Below, in pieces: positions 22,584 through 36,152 of a stretch of 64,000 nucleotides of DNA. The DNA lies in NCBI RefSeq assembly GCF_018350175.1, contig NC_058383.1:248001-312000 (forward strand). Direction: 5' to 3'. The notes beneath the pieces were generated by a model that was given only the letters and a program-made list of their open reading frames with translations, searched no databases and was not told the DNA's origin. The first letter of the stretch is position 1. Every line of letters begins with the position of its first letter. A program made the position numbers and the translations under genes. The stretch is from Felis catus (lineage: Eukaryota).

Positions 22584-23149
22584 AAGAGTGATGAGTATAA
22601 AATGCACCCTTGATGTGATGTGACGAGAATGGTGTTTTACCGTGTGAGCGTCCCAAGAGCCCCTAACCCCGGTCTGATCATGAGAAAGACATCATACGAA
22701 CCTGTTGAGAGATATCTCCGAAATACATGAGTACTACTCTTCAAAACTGTCAACATCATTAAAAGAAGAGAAAGTCTGAGAAACTGTCTCAGCAACGAGG
22801 AGCCTAACGAGACATGAGGACTCAATGCCATGGGGTATCTTGGCTGGAATCCTACAACAGAAAATGCCACTTGGTAAGAGCTAAGGGTATCTGAATAAAC
22901 TATGGAACTTAGTTCATAATTATATGTTAATATTTGTTCATTCATTCTGACAAGTGTACCGTACGATTAAGGTGTTAATAATAGGGAAACTGCATGTGAA
23001 GTCCATGGAAACCTTCTCTGCCCATAATTCTATTAACCTGAAACTATCCTAATATTTAGAAATTAATTTTTTAAAAAACCAAGGAGGTGACGGGAGATTG
23101 ATAAATTGAACTTTATCAAAGTTAAAATTTACTCATCAAAAATCACCCT

Positions 23150-25005
23150 CAAGAATACTTCCTAACTCATTCTATAAAACTAACATCGCCCTCATAACCA
23201 AAACCAGACAAAACATGACAAGGAAAAACAAAACCAAACAAAACTACAGACGAATATCTCTCATGGACAGAGGCACAAAAATCCTCAACAAAGTATTAGC
23301 AAATCAAGTGAAAAAAAAGTATGAAAAGAATTATATGTGACTACCAAGTGGAATTCATCCCAGGTATCTCAAGGCTGCAATTGACGTAATCCATCACATC
23401 AACAGATTAAAGAAGAAAAATCATATGGTAAAAATCATTAGATGCAGAAAAATCCAACACCCATTCATGATAAAAACTCTCAGTAACCTAGGAATAGTGA
23501 GAAAATCCCTCAACTTGATAGAGGCTATCTGTATATGAAACCTACAGCTTACATAGTTACTGGCAAGAAACTATAATCTTTCCCACTAGAATCAGGAACA
23601 AGGCAAGGACGTCCTTTCTTACTACTCCTTTTTAACTTCATACTGGAAGTCCTTGCTAATGAAATACAGCGAGAAAAGGAAGCAAAAGACATACAAATTG
23701 GGAAGGAAGACCTATAAACTTGGTCTTTGTTCACAGGTGACATGACAGTCCATGTAGAAAATCTAAAAGTGTAGACAAAATAATCCTGAAATTAGTAAGT
23801 GATTATAGCAAGGCTGCAGGATATAAAGTTTAATATACAAAGTCAACCACTTTCCTATACGCCAGCAATGAATAAACAGATTTTAAAATTAAAAACAATA
23901 CCATTTACATTAGCACTCAAAAAAAAAAAGAAATATTTAGGCATAAGTCTAACAAAATTTGTGCAATATATGTATGTGGAAAGCTACAGCACTCTGACAA
24001 AGGAAATAATTTAAACACAAACTAAATAAGGGTTCCTCCATGTTCACATTTAGAAAGACTCATTATTGTCAAAATGCCAATTCTTCCCAACTTAATCTGT
24101 ATATTCAGTGCAATCCCCAAACAAAACTCCAGCAAGTTATTTTATGGATACTGACAATGTGATGCTGAAGTTTACAGGGAAAGGCAAAAGATGCAGAATA
24201 GCCAGCACGATACTGGAAAACAAGAACACATTTGGAGCACTGACAGCACCTGACGGTAAGACTTACTCCAAAGGTACAGTGTGGTATTGGTGACAGAACA
24301 GGCGAACAGGTAATGGGAACAGAGTAGAGAGTCCTGAAGTGGAACCCCATAAATATAGTCAATTAATCTTTGGTAAAGGAGCAAAGACAGTACAAAGGCA
24401 TATCTGTACAGCTGTGTTCCTTCCAGCATTATCTACAATAGCCAAGACATAGAAACAAGATAAGCAACGGATAAAGACAATGTGAGATGCACACACACAC
24501 ACATAGAGGGGAGTATTATTCAATTATACAAAAGAAGGAAATTCTGCAATTTGAGGCCATACGGATGAATCTGGAAAACATTAGGCTAAGTGGAATACAC
24601 CAGATAGATAAAGACAAATACTATATAACATCATTTATCTGAAAAAAGTCAAATTCACAGAAGCAGAGTTTACAACAGTGGTGAGTAGGGGTGAGGTCGG
24701 TGGTTGGAGGAAGTGGACAGATGCTGCATAAAGACACAAAGCTGCACCTACGTAACACGAATAAGCATAGAGGTCTGATGCACAGCAGAATGGATACAGT
24801 TAATAACACCATGCTGCAGGCTGGAAATTTTCTAAAAGAGTAAATTTCAGGTGTTCCACACGCACGTGTGCACGCACACACACACACACACAAGTAACTA
24901 TGTGAGGAAATGATATGTTAATTCGACTGTAGCAATCACTTCACTATCTACGTATATCAAATCATTGCATTGTACACCTTGAATACATACAAATTTTATT
25001 AAAAA
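23150..25005 (+). mobile_element. L1 ORF2 (RT region) relic plus L1MA-type 3' end
   Basis: CTTCCTAACTCATTCTAT...AAACCAGACAAA...AATCCTCAACAAAGTATTAGCAAA...GATGCAGAAAA...GGAACAAGGCAAGGA...GGTGACATGA; 3' end TTGTACACCTTGAATACATACAAATTTTATT. Confidence 0.88.
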
Positions 25006-26131
25006 CAGTTTTTAAACCCCAGCTTTCCAGGCTAAGTACCCAGAGGATAAAAGCAGGAGCAGGAGCTCAGCTAAGACCTAGAGATCCCTCCTAAATACGG
25101 ACAGTCTAAAACTACTTTCCATTAAATATTTCTATGACAATGTTTTTTATGAAGAATCAAAGATTCTTGTTCCGTCTTGCTGTTCAGAAGTGTTGGCCGA
25201 GGTGGCTAACGGGAGATTCAGCAAGGAAAACGCCAGAAGCCATCTGTGAGGGGTAATATCTCATTCTGCTTTTGCATAAATGATGCTGTGTTCCCCTTCA
25301 TCTCCCTGCTGCCTGCCATCAATGCTGCTGACAGGTCCCCCTCGGTGACTAGCTAAATCAACCCAGCGAGAGCTCTATCACAGCTTGTCATGTTTAGTAG
25401 GGTGAAACTTCAAAGTCCCAGCATCCTAGTCACAGAATGCAAAGTTAGCTCTTTCTCAAGTTTTAGAGTGAAGTGGGCGGGCCACTTTATTTTTTTTTTT
25501 TTCATAGAAAAATGTTACTCTTTGTTATTTCACACGTAGATTTATCAAATGTAACACTAAGATTAAAATGAGTCATAAGATCTAGCAACATTATTATATA
25601 GGCATCAGTTGGCCCACATCTTAAACTAAGTTTCAAGGCCACCTGAGATATGTTGAAAGATGAAGAATTTCTCCCAGCATTAGTGACCACTACCCTGTAG
25701 GCCATGTTAGGAGCTCGAGAAGTCAGTAGAAAGAAAATTAACTATCTTTGAATATATTTTCATACAGCTTTGACAAAGATGACAAGTTCAGGGATGATGA
25801 GCGTGGGTGGAGTGACCCTGGGAAGTGGGGAAAGTTTCAAGGACTCGTTTTAGTCTCCCTGTCAGGAAGGAGCAAGGACACAATCTTGCTTCCACTCATG
25901 GTTGCTTGGGGTTAGGGAGGATTGCAGCCGTGATGGGGAGGGTTAAGGAGGGTTGTGACTGGTCATCGGCTAAAAACCACTCAGGAGAAGGCCCTTCTTA
26001 AGAGTGAGGGCCCATCTCTTTTGGGAACGTGGGGGAGAGGGCTCGGCTCCAGGCTCTGGGACCTTTGGCTTGGGCTCTAGCCTGTGTCCAAGGAAGAGGA
26101 CCTGTAGGGTGGGTTCACGTCAGAACATGGG

Positions 26132-26527
26132 TGTGGTAGGCTGAATCGTGGCCCCTGGAGGTGCCCACATCTCTAACCACAAGAACTTGTGACAAGGTGA
26201 ATTTACAGCAAGAGGCATCTGTAGCTGTGATAAACATGAGCATCTGAATTATCCGGGAGCGTCCTCATAAGGGGAGGCAAGAATATCAGGACAGAGGAGC
26301 AGGTGATGTGACAGCAGAAGCAGAGGCAGAACATGGGTTTGATTATGGAGGAAGGGACAGGACGGCCTCTCCTGGAGCCCCAGGGGGGACCAGCCTGCTG
26401 GCACCTTGACGTTAGCCCTGTGAAGCTCATGTGGACTTTGGGTCCTGGAACTTCAAGGAAACAATTCTGTGCTTCTTTGAGCCGCAGTCTTTTTGTACCT
26501 GTGCCACTGCAATAGGGAACGAACGCA
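26132..26527 (+). mobile_element. MaLR LTR (MLT1D-like)
   Basis: Starts TGTGGTAGGCTGAATCGTGGCCCC, internal GCCTGCTGGCACCTTGA-GTTAGCCC, ends GCAATAGGGAACGAACGCA. Confidence 0.75.
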
Positions 26528-26850
26528 GCGGCCAGGAGAGAGGGTCTGGGTTCGGCCACTCCTCACCCAACCCCTCAGGAGGCAGGAACTAGTGATAAAT
26601 TTGTCTCTGGAGGGCACCATGGGACCCACGGTGGCCAGAACTTCCCTCTCGGGGCTCTGTGTGAGGACCACGGCAGATGCAGGTGCCGGTTATAGCCACA
26701 CTCCTCGAGAGCAAATGTATGACAGCTACTAAACAGAAACGATGGCAGAAACACCCCTCCCAGGAATTTTAATAATCTAGAAGTTGTAACCTTAGGTGTC
26801 TAAGTATCAATTGCTCCAATAGGGATTGTTTGGGAGCAGGGATTTAATTT

Positions 26851-27046
26851 GCTTTTCACGTTTATTTATTCATTTTTGTGTGAGAGAGAGAGAGAGAGAG
26901 TGCACCAGTGGGGCAGGGGCAGAGAGAGGGAGAAAGAATCCCAAGCAGGAGCCCGATGCAGCGCTCAAACCCACGAACGGTGACACCATGACCTGAGCCA
27001 AAACCAAGAGTCAGATGCTTAACCAACTGAGCCACCCAGGTGGCCA
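26851..27046 (-). mobile_element. CanSINE (older type, internally deleted)
   Basis: TSD GAGCAGGGATT(T/A)AATTT at 26834 and 27047. Confidence 0.9.
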
Positions 27047-27434
27047 GAGCAGGGATTAAATTTAAATTTATCAGTTACCTCTTTGTATCTATTACAGCCC
27101 CCTGTCTGTGGGTCCCTGACTTCTACAGACGACTTGAGCAACACCCCACGTTCGTGCAGGGGTGCTGCTAGGGCCGATGACACACCCCTGCTAGACCTGC
27201 TGCTCAGGGAAGGGGCTTTGAGCACATGCAGACTCCCTCTGTCCTCTACACACAACGAGGTCCCCTGCACATTGACACAGTTTGACCCTGTGACTTTGAG
27301 AGGCTATTTTCGCCCAGCAAAGGACATGTGTGGATAAGCCATTTTTAAGCACTAAGTTCTGAGTGCAGCTGTGCAGTTATAGCTGAACTCTATAATTTGT
27401 GGACACAAATGCCCATTAGAATAGAACTGCTTTC

Positions 27435-27894
27435 GGGACACCTGGGTGGCGCAGTCGGTTAAGCGTCCGACTTCGGCTCAGGTCACAATCTCGCCGTTCG
27501 CGATTCCCAAGTTCGAGCCCCGCGTCGGACTCTGTGCTGACAGCTCAGAGCCTAGAGCCTGTTTCAGATTCTGTGTCTCCCTCACTCTCTCTCTGCCCTC
27601 CCCCACTTGTGCTCTGTCTCTCTCTCTCTCTCTCAAAAATAAATAGACATTAATTAAAAAAAAAAGTGGAGGGGCGCCTGGGTGGCGCAGTCGGTTAAGC
27701 ATCCGACTTCAGCCAGGTCACGATCTCGCGGTCCGTGAGTTCGAGCCCCGCGTCGGGCTCTGGGCTGATGGCTCGGAGCCTGGAGCCTGTTTTCGATTCT
27801 GTGTCTCCCTCTTTCTCTGCCCCTCCCCCGTTCATGCTCTGTCTCTCTCTGTCCCAAAAATAAATAAACGTTGAAAAAAAAATTAAAAAAAAAA
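27435..27894 (+). mobile_element. Two head-to-tail CanSINEs (27435-27665, 27671-27894)
   Basis: Two complete SINE bodies bracketed by one TSD AGAATAGAACTGCTTTC (27418-27434; 27895-27911). Confidence 0.93.
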
Positions 27895-30800
27895 AGAATA
27901 GAACTGCTTTCGGGTTACCTTTAAAGGGTACACTCACTGGTTTGCTTAAAATCGGAGTCCAAGTAAAAGCTAACTAGGTCCCCACTGAGACTCTGAAGGG
28001 TATGTGTTCTGGAGCAGAGAGCTGATGCTGAGCTGTGAGGACGGGTGGCTGGGTGGGGGGGGGGGGGGGGGTGCTGTGCCTGAACAAGAACGTAGTCAAG
28101 ATCTTCAAATAATAATGATTTCTTCATTCACTGAGTTCACTCAGTGTACCCAGCACAGATGAACCAAGTACCCACCACATACCCTGCATTATGGCAAAAC
28201 ATAATCAGTGATGGCCTTCCTGCAGCTCATGTTCTGGTGGGGAAACTTAAATTAGCCCTGTGAGGTAAGATAACAAATGCAAGGCAGGTTGTAAAGCTGC
28301 TGGGGTGAGTGCAGGAGGGGCTCTAGCTCTTGAGTGGGCGTGGTTGAGGTCAGGCCGTGTGAGGAGGGGTCACTTGGTTGATGGGAAGGAACCAGCCAAG
28401 TGCAGACCTGGGGAAAGAGCGCCCACTAGAGGCACAGCACATGCAAAGGTCCTGAGGTGGGAATTGTATGGTGAACCTGAAGAGCAGCAAGGAGAGCTGT
28501 GTGGCTGCAGAAGGAGACCAGGTGGGGCAGGGGAGGGATGGAGTGCAACCCCCAGGTCGGGGGGGGGGGGGTATCATGCCAGACACTGTAAGCCTGATGT
28601 CAGCACCTGACGTCAGCATCTCCACAGCGTTGACGACAATTTTGCAGCAATGAAAACAGAGCAGTTGCTCTCCAGTGTGGATGGGGAGCTCACCATGACC
28701 TGGGACTGTCCTGAGTACTTAACAAAGACCTTCTCATATGACTTCCCCGTAAGGAGGCACAACAGCGGCCCTGTTTTACAGAGGAGGGAAGTGGGGATGA
28801 CGAAGGTCAAATGATTTTCCCATTGACCCTCGGTTAACAAGTGGTGGCGTCAGGATCTGAACCCACGTTCGCTGTTACCCCTGCCCCACACCACCTACAT
28901 CTCGGCTCGAACACCACTAGTGATGAGGAGCCCTTTCCCTTGCCCTCTGCAGCCCTGATGGGGTCACGGCATCTGCGTTAGAGGAGAGCCCCCCTCCCTC
29001 AGCTCTGCTGTGGTGCAGACACCAGGTGAGCTGACAGACAGGTGGGTGTGGCTGTGCAGCGCTCTGGGCAGCACAATTCCCGGGGAGGTGGGACCTCCGC
29101 CTTGCCCAGTTCTGGGGGCACCCTCCGTGGTGGGCACCGTGTGATGCTGCCCTCTGTGCTTGGCGATGCGGTGGCCCGTGCCCAGCACAGCCAGGAGCAG
29201 GAGGGGAGGCAGAGCTGAGAGCTGCTTCCCCTCGGGGCTGTCGGGCTCAGTGGACTTTGCCGTGGGCACCCTCCAGCCTCTCAGCTTGGCCAGAACTAGC
29301 GGTCTGTGACGGGCAGTGTTGGGTCCCTGGCCCCCCAGGTGACACCTCAGACGCTGATGGTCCAGGGTGAGTGCACTGTGCACCCAGAGGTTGAGGGACA
29401 GCTGTGAGTGGAAGGGATTCTGAAGAGCCATCTTCCCTGTAAGAGAGGACATAAGACAGCCCCACTCCTATCTGCCCTCCTTGGCCCCCACTGGGAGGCT
29501 GGTGTGACAGACAGCATGCCCAGAGACCTGCACACCCCAGGCCACGCAAGGCAGAGCTGGGCAGCTGACTGCACTGTGATTCTCAGCTCCCACGTCTGGC
29601 CACACTTCCCATGACTACTCATGCCGGCGGCAATCAGACACACAGCCACTGGCACCTACAGGTTCCAAATCGCCAAGGGCTAATCTGAAGCTAAGTATGA
29701 TCAGAAACAGCAGAAAAGGACTGATTTGCGGATTCACAGACACTAGGGCATCAAACGGCTTCCAGGGGGAATGCTAATGTTGACAACACCATTCATCCAT
29801 CAGAAGTGTGGACGGAGACACTGTCGGGTTTGTTCTGGGCTCTGGGGCACAGCCAGTGGCCAGTGAGGCATCCCTGGACACCCCACCCTGATGGAGATCA
29901 CCAGGCCCAGAAGAGTGAGATCGCACACCCGCGCTCACGGCTCGCGCTCATTCACGGCTTAGGTACGGGCAAATGTGCACACACAGCTAGCACAGACCCA
30001 GGGGCCATGTCACCAGGAGCCTGTTGGGGACAGAGGACCTCTAAGCCACTGAGATAGCCCAGTAGAGACCAACTCCCCGAGATGTCATGTCTGAGCTGCT
30101 GGCACTGGAATGGAAGGTCACTCTTGAGGACTGGAGGGGACCTTTTGAGAGCCCTGGGTGCCTCCTGGGAGCGCACTCGTCTCCCAGGAGTGTGCTATCC
30201 AGACTGGGTGCAAACCCACAGCCCCGGGGACAGGTGTGGCATTCCCCCTGCTCCACCCTGGTGGCCACCCCGCTTCCATAGCTGGGGTTGCCTTTGGTGC
30301 CCTCCACCTGAGGCTGCCCCATCCCAGCGAGGCTCGTCCTGGGTGTCCCGCTCTTTCCTCTGCATCCTGGGGAAACCGCAGGTCTCACCTCATCGTCTCA
30401 TCTCTGAGCTGCTCCGAGGCTTGCAGAGAGCCTGATCAGTGGCTTAGATGGCAGAGAGAATGTGGAGGCTCCAAAAGACGGATCCCTCATCTGGCATCAT
30501 ACGAGGGCAAAGAAAAAAAGCGAAAACACCAATATGTTCATCCATTCCATAAGCAGAGGGCCATGACCGCAATCCAACTCCGTTCAAGAACACAAATTGG
30601 TGACATTTATTACCATTTCTTGAGTACTCACAATGAACTAATTGCTTTGTAACTTTCTACCAATGACTGTAATATAATCTGTCCTTCTTGCCAGCCTCAT
30701 CAAGCGGGTGCTGTTGTACTTCAAGCAGACAAAGAGTCTGGAGTGCTGAGAGCTGAAGTGACTCACTGAGGCCTGACCTACCTCTGATGTGGGGTCCAGG

Positions 30801-33800
30801 GATGGGTGTTGGCCCTCCGGACTTGCAGGGCCCACTGAGAGACAAGCCTTGGGTTTGACTCACGTCGTCATATGAGGATGAGCCAGAAGCGTCAGGCCCT
30901 CCAGGACGCACACAGCTAAGCCCAGTAATCACTTAACATGAGGAAGATATTAGAGTTTGTATCCAAGTGATAGAGACTGGGTCCCTGCCCCAAGGGGCTT
31001 AAAATCTAGAAGAATTACAGAAGTAATCTAAAGTGTCGTCAGAAAGAATGCTAAGAGAAGAAAAGGGAGAATCTGAGGCTGGACGGGATGCTCCCTGAAC
31101 TGCGCCAGATGGGGTGGCTGGACCCTGGGGCTCTCCCGGTAGAACGGAACCTCTCCCATCCATGCACCCTGAGAACGGGCTCGAAGGATGAGGCCAGGGC
31201 CAAGGGGAGCTGAGGCGCCTCCTTAATCAGTGAAGAAGACACCTTCACAAAGGCGCATGGCAGGTTTGCGGCCGATGGAGGCGGAGGCCGGGCTGGAGCC
31301 CACCCCACCTCTGTCGGAGCTCATGACCACCTGAGGCCTTGTCCTCCCTTCTGATAAAGGACTGGTAAATATCCTCCTGTGGAGAGGATCCATGCTACAC
31401 TTTCTCAGGATGGATGGAGCACACGGTGAACGCACATGCTCACAAGGTGAGTGGGAGGAGTCCCTTCTCCCAAGAAGATGAGAGACCGGTTTCAGGCGGG
31501 TCTTCCTGGAGAGTCTGTCCTGCTGGGACTAGAGTCAACAAGGACGAAGCGGGAAGACGCGAAGATCGGGCGAGCAGGACAGGCGGAGTCTGAGGCCCAC
31601 GTGGAGAGGCCTTGCTGGCACCCTCGATGCAGGGATGTCAGCCCAACGGTTCACACGCGACTGTCCCTTCTCTGGTGCCATGGGGCTCGTGGCCCAATCC
31701 CACCTGTGCCACACTCTTTGTCTCATTCCCTCAGCTTCCACACTCCAAGCAGCTGCCCAGCAGGCCTTGCAATCTGCCCCTTGGCTGAGCATTTGCACAG
31801 GCAAATCTCCAAAAACTACACATGCCCTGGGGCCACCCCAGGGGCTCTCATGGACCGTGCCCCGTGTGTGTGTCCATAGCGGCTCTCCCACCTAAAAGCC
31901 ACAGGATCCCCTGACAGCTCCATACCAAGAGACTGCGGGGAAGTCTCAGGTCCTGTGTCCTTTTCCACCTTGTTTCCTACCCATCTGGGACTAACCACAC
32001 GGGAACCAAAGATGTGTGAGGACAAAGATGTCCACGGAGATGAGATGAGGGGATTCAGGAAGCCTGGGCAAGAAAGGGCATCACAGCTGAAGAGACAAAC
32101 ACCGGCTTCCGTGAACACAGTGAGCGGCACGTTGCCTGCCTTTGCTGTTGGGGCAAAGCAGGACCTGGCAGGAAGTGAGCAGGCGAAAGGGATCCATGGG
32201 AACCCTGAAGAGCCCAACTTCCCCCTGACCAGACAGTCTCCCAATCAGACGCATTGCTGACCACGGCGTGGTCTCCTTCTCCCATGCTTCATGACTCTGT
32301 CTCGCTTTCCACAGTGGTAACTGATCTTTGTGATTTGGCCTTGATCAATAAAGGCCACGGAGGAGATTCATACGTTCAATTTTCGCAAAAGGGCAGAAAC
32401 AAGCAGGGATCTGTGCAGAGCTTTATTTGGACCCTTCTAAAGGAAGCAAACCCATCAGAGGAAATACTTGCACTCCAAAATAGATCAGCAATTTCCTTTT
32501 CCCTGTGGGATTTACGTTAGCAAGTTTGCAAACGGAAAACGCATTCGCAGAGTCTTCACAGCACTCAGCTGGGAAGTGGGATGTTAATCCCGTCGCTATT
32601 TTAAAACCTGTCTCAGGGTTGGGAGTACCTGCCTGAAATCGTCTTGGACTTAATTCTGCATGACGATGCAGCAAAGCGTGTCAGGAAGAGAAAAGGAGAA
32701 AATGCTCGCAAAGGAGAAGCAGTCCTAAGAGGGAACCAGAGTCAGGCTGGGCTCAGAGAAGCATGAACCACGGGGCTGGAGGCTGCAGCCAGAGGGGGGT
32801 GGATGTGGGTGTGGGTGTGGCTGTGCTATCCAGAGAGACCACAGGGAAGCTGAAGCATGACAGGAAGCACAGGGCTGCGATTACAGCCCCTGGGGCCCGG
32901 CGTAGACGAGGCCTTGTGGAGGCTGCTCCTTTTGCCGGGGTGACATCTGCCCTGGGCATGATCTCTGGGTGGCTTGGCACACGGCCAGGCACCGCCCCAC
33001 CCATCCTTTGCCTTCTCCCCATGATGTCCGGGACAGATGAGGAACCAAGGAAGTGAGGGCATACGGTCAGCCTAGAATAAAACCCCAGACCAATGCTATG
33101 GTTGCCTTCAGCACATTCACACGTGTGCACACTCACACACACTCACACACGCCCACATGCAGAAACGGGCCACATTCACATCACATTCAGGCCCACATGC
33201 TCCATCCCACGCTTCTGGATCTGCCCGCCTGTGCACTGGGCACAGCCCGGGCCCGGCTCACAGGCCCGAATAGAACCCGCCACAGGTGAGGGTGGGGTTG
33301 GCAGTCCGGGCCACCTGGGTGTCCTGGCACTGCTTAGGCACCTGCCTCCTTGCCCGCAGGAGCTCATTACCTTCTTTTGCCACCAGCATTCTCTGCCCCT
33401 CGTCATCCAGGCCTGTGTCTGGACGCTGCCCTGGGGCGAATGGGCCGTGTGGGTGAGACTGAGGGGAGGGCAGCACGCACCCCCTCTGCTCCACGAGGGA
33501 GACTAGTCCAGCTGAACCCCTCGAAGGCGCCCTGCCTCATGTAGCCCATTTCAAATTCTGGCTGCTGTGATTGCCAAGAAGCCGGTTTTTTAAAGAGCTG
33601 AGCTAGGCACTTTTTACGCTTATGCAGAAGTTCTGTATCGCAGAGCAAATCAGACTTGGCTTTCGGTGGCATCTCCTCCCCACAGAGAGATGCCCGGTCC
33701 ACCAGCACCTGTCACCATTTCTTCTGACAGGGAGCACCGCTGAACGGCGCCGGATGGCCGGGTGAGCATATGGCAGCTGCTTCCAGCGTGGTGCTTGAAC

Positions 33801-35855
33801 AGCCGTGTTTCTGCTGACGGCATGAATCAGAAAGTGGGGGAGATGTTCATTTCCACTCCTATACTCCATTGGGTTTGGTTGTGGGGGGAAGTGTCTCTGT
33901 TCCTTGCTTCCCCTACATGTGTACTTGCACTCGGGCAGTCACCCCACAGTGGCTCAGTAAGTGGCTCTCTCGTGTGCAAATGCCATGCCGGGCCCCGGAG
34001 ACTCGTGGGAATCACGGTGCCCGCATGGTCAGACACGTGGCTCCATTCAGACAGAGCGGGATCCAGCCCAGAGCAAGGCCACATGCTCCTGGGAGGCTGC
34101 AGAAGCCTGTCGAGTGGTCAAGACCAGAGGCTGGGGGTCCCAGCTCCACCGCTCCCCCACCGCGGGGTCCCCAGCTGCACCACTCCGTTCAGGTGGCACT
34201 GCTGATACCAACCCGCTAGGACTTCATGAAAACCACTGCTTGTCTGGAGTCTAATGCTCAGCGAGCAGCGACATCACCGGCCCTCAGAGGCGCCGAGAGG
34301 GAGAACGGCCAGCGGAGATGGAGCCCCAAAGACTCGGGCTCCAGTGGCAAGTGGCTGAGCCACGAGGGGCTTCCTGTCCGAGCTGCCCCCACAGGTTCCT
34401 GAGGCCATGTGGTCGTCTCCTTCAACCACACATGCTAGGGAAACAGGGTCAAGAGGGGCATCTGCAGGGGCGAAGACTAACCCGGACAAAGGCGCTCTCA
34501 CGGCCACACGACAATGAGGGAAGAGCCTGAGTTACGCAGTGGAGCCTCCTCTCTTATTCCAGTGCCGTTAGAAGAGCCTTGTGTCTACCCTCTGACCCGG
34601 GGGACCTCTGCATGAGGGCCCCTGAGCTCACCACGGGCAGGCCGGGTGTGAGCACCAGCTCCTGCACCCCAATGACCTGCCACCCACCAGTGGTGACAGC
34701 CGAGAGGGCCCCAGTAGACCCCGCAGTGCAGCAAGACTGGTGGTCACCTGGAAGCCTCCCTCTCAAGCCTTCCCCACCCCTACCCAGAGCCAGGTGAGCC
34801 AGATCTGGGTCTACAGCAGGGACGGATGGGGAATCAGAGGACGGGGTCTGTTAGGGACCCTGGGAAGCATAGTGAAAACCACCTGTTCCAAGTTTGGTTT
34901 CCAGAAGACGTGCGCTGGCTCACGCGTTCCTCAATTCCCCATTTGTTCATTCAGAGTATTTGTCTACACCAGACTCAAAGATCATGCAGGGTTCGTGGTC
35001 AAGCCCCCAAGTCTCCCAGAGCCCTGCTGCCACCCTAGGCTGCCGACTCCCCCTGAGGCCCTAAGAAGGCCTCAGTAGATCCCGGACCGCCCAGCACTGC
35101 ACTCCAAGTGGGAACCCAGCTGTCACCAGACACCCTTGCTCAGGGGGACCTGGCCCCACCCACAAGAGGATCACACGTCCACCGTCCCACAGCCTGTGAA
35201 AGGTCAAGACTGCTGACAGACAGCGTGGGAAGCAACGGGTGCCTCCCAACAGGCCCCTGTGGGTGACCATTAGAAGCGAAGTGGCCCCCAGGGGGGTTGG
35301 TGGTCTTCCCAGCTGGCGGGTGGAGCCCCAGTCATCCTTGTCGGCCCACAGAGCAAAGGCCTTCACTGGGGAGAGAGCAAGCCCGAGTTTTGAACATACC
35401 TGAATGGGTTCTCCTGCAGTGTAACCAGTCTCCCAGCTCTGGTCCTGGAGCAGCTCTCTGGAGAGGCCCATGCAAAGTTCTCAGCTGGCTGCGTTCGGCA
35501 CCCCGAGGAACAGAGGCAGAAGGGCCTGGCTCTCACTTAGCATGTTTCCTCCCAAATCCTTCTCGCTGACTTTATTCAACTTAAGGCCTGAATTTTACAT
35601 CAAATTCCAAGAAGCTACTCCTCTGCCCTTGCTTTCTGCTTATGTATTTGTTTCCGGAGGCACCCAGGCCACCTGCTTGTGAAGAAGGAAGGGCAAAGGG
35701 GTGAGCAGCGCCTGGTGGGAGAGGAGGGGGAAACTCACATTAAATCTCAAAGCCCTGCACCCTTGCCTGGAGCTTACACTGTATCTGACCCACGATCGAT
35801 TGTCAGGCTGCTGCTCTCTGCCCTTCTGATTGGCGCATACTTGGTTCTCACATTT

Positions 35856-36152
35856 CCCAGGATGGGATTCAGGTGTCTCTGCCTCGTCCCCGATGAGGGA
35901 AGCTGGTAGGTCTGCCCTGGGATAGGATTCAGGTGTCTCTGCCTCGTCCCGATGAAGGAAGCTGGTAACTCTGTCCCAGGGTGGGGTTCAGGTGGCTGTA
36001 CTTCATCCCCGATGAGGGAAGCTGGTGGCTCTGTCCCGGGGTGGGGCACAGGTGGCTGCACCTCGTCCCCGATGAGGGAAGCTGGTGGCTCTGTCCCGGG
36101 GTGGGGCTCAGGTGGCTGCACCTCGTCCCCGATGAGGGAAGCTGGTGGCTCT
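35856..36152. repeat. 60-bp GC-rich minisatellite, ~5 copies
   Basis: CCTCGTCCCCGATGAGGGAAGCTGGT recurs on successive 60-nt lines (one unit is 59 bp). Confidence 0.95.

Larger units (their letters stand above)
21150..23070 (+). mobile_element. Old L1 relics (ORF2 fragment followed by L1MC-type 3' end), hosting two SINEs
   Basis: ORF2-like AAATCAATTGCATTTCTA...CCATTTACAGTA...AAACTATAAAACATT; L1MC 3' motifs CCAGGTGATCAAGGTCACCAT, TCATGAGAAAGACATCA, CTTCAAAACTGTCAA. Confidence 0.75.

Noticed and set aside
35856..36152. CRISPR-like regular repeats
   Set aside because: Eukaryotic DNA; whole units repeat with no unique spacers and no cas genes, so it is a minisatellite.
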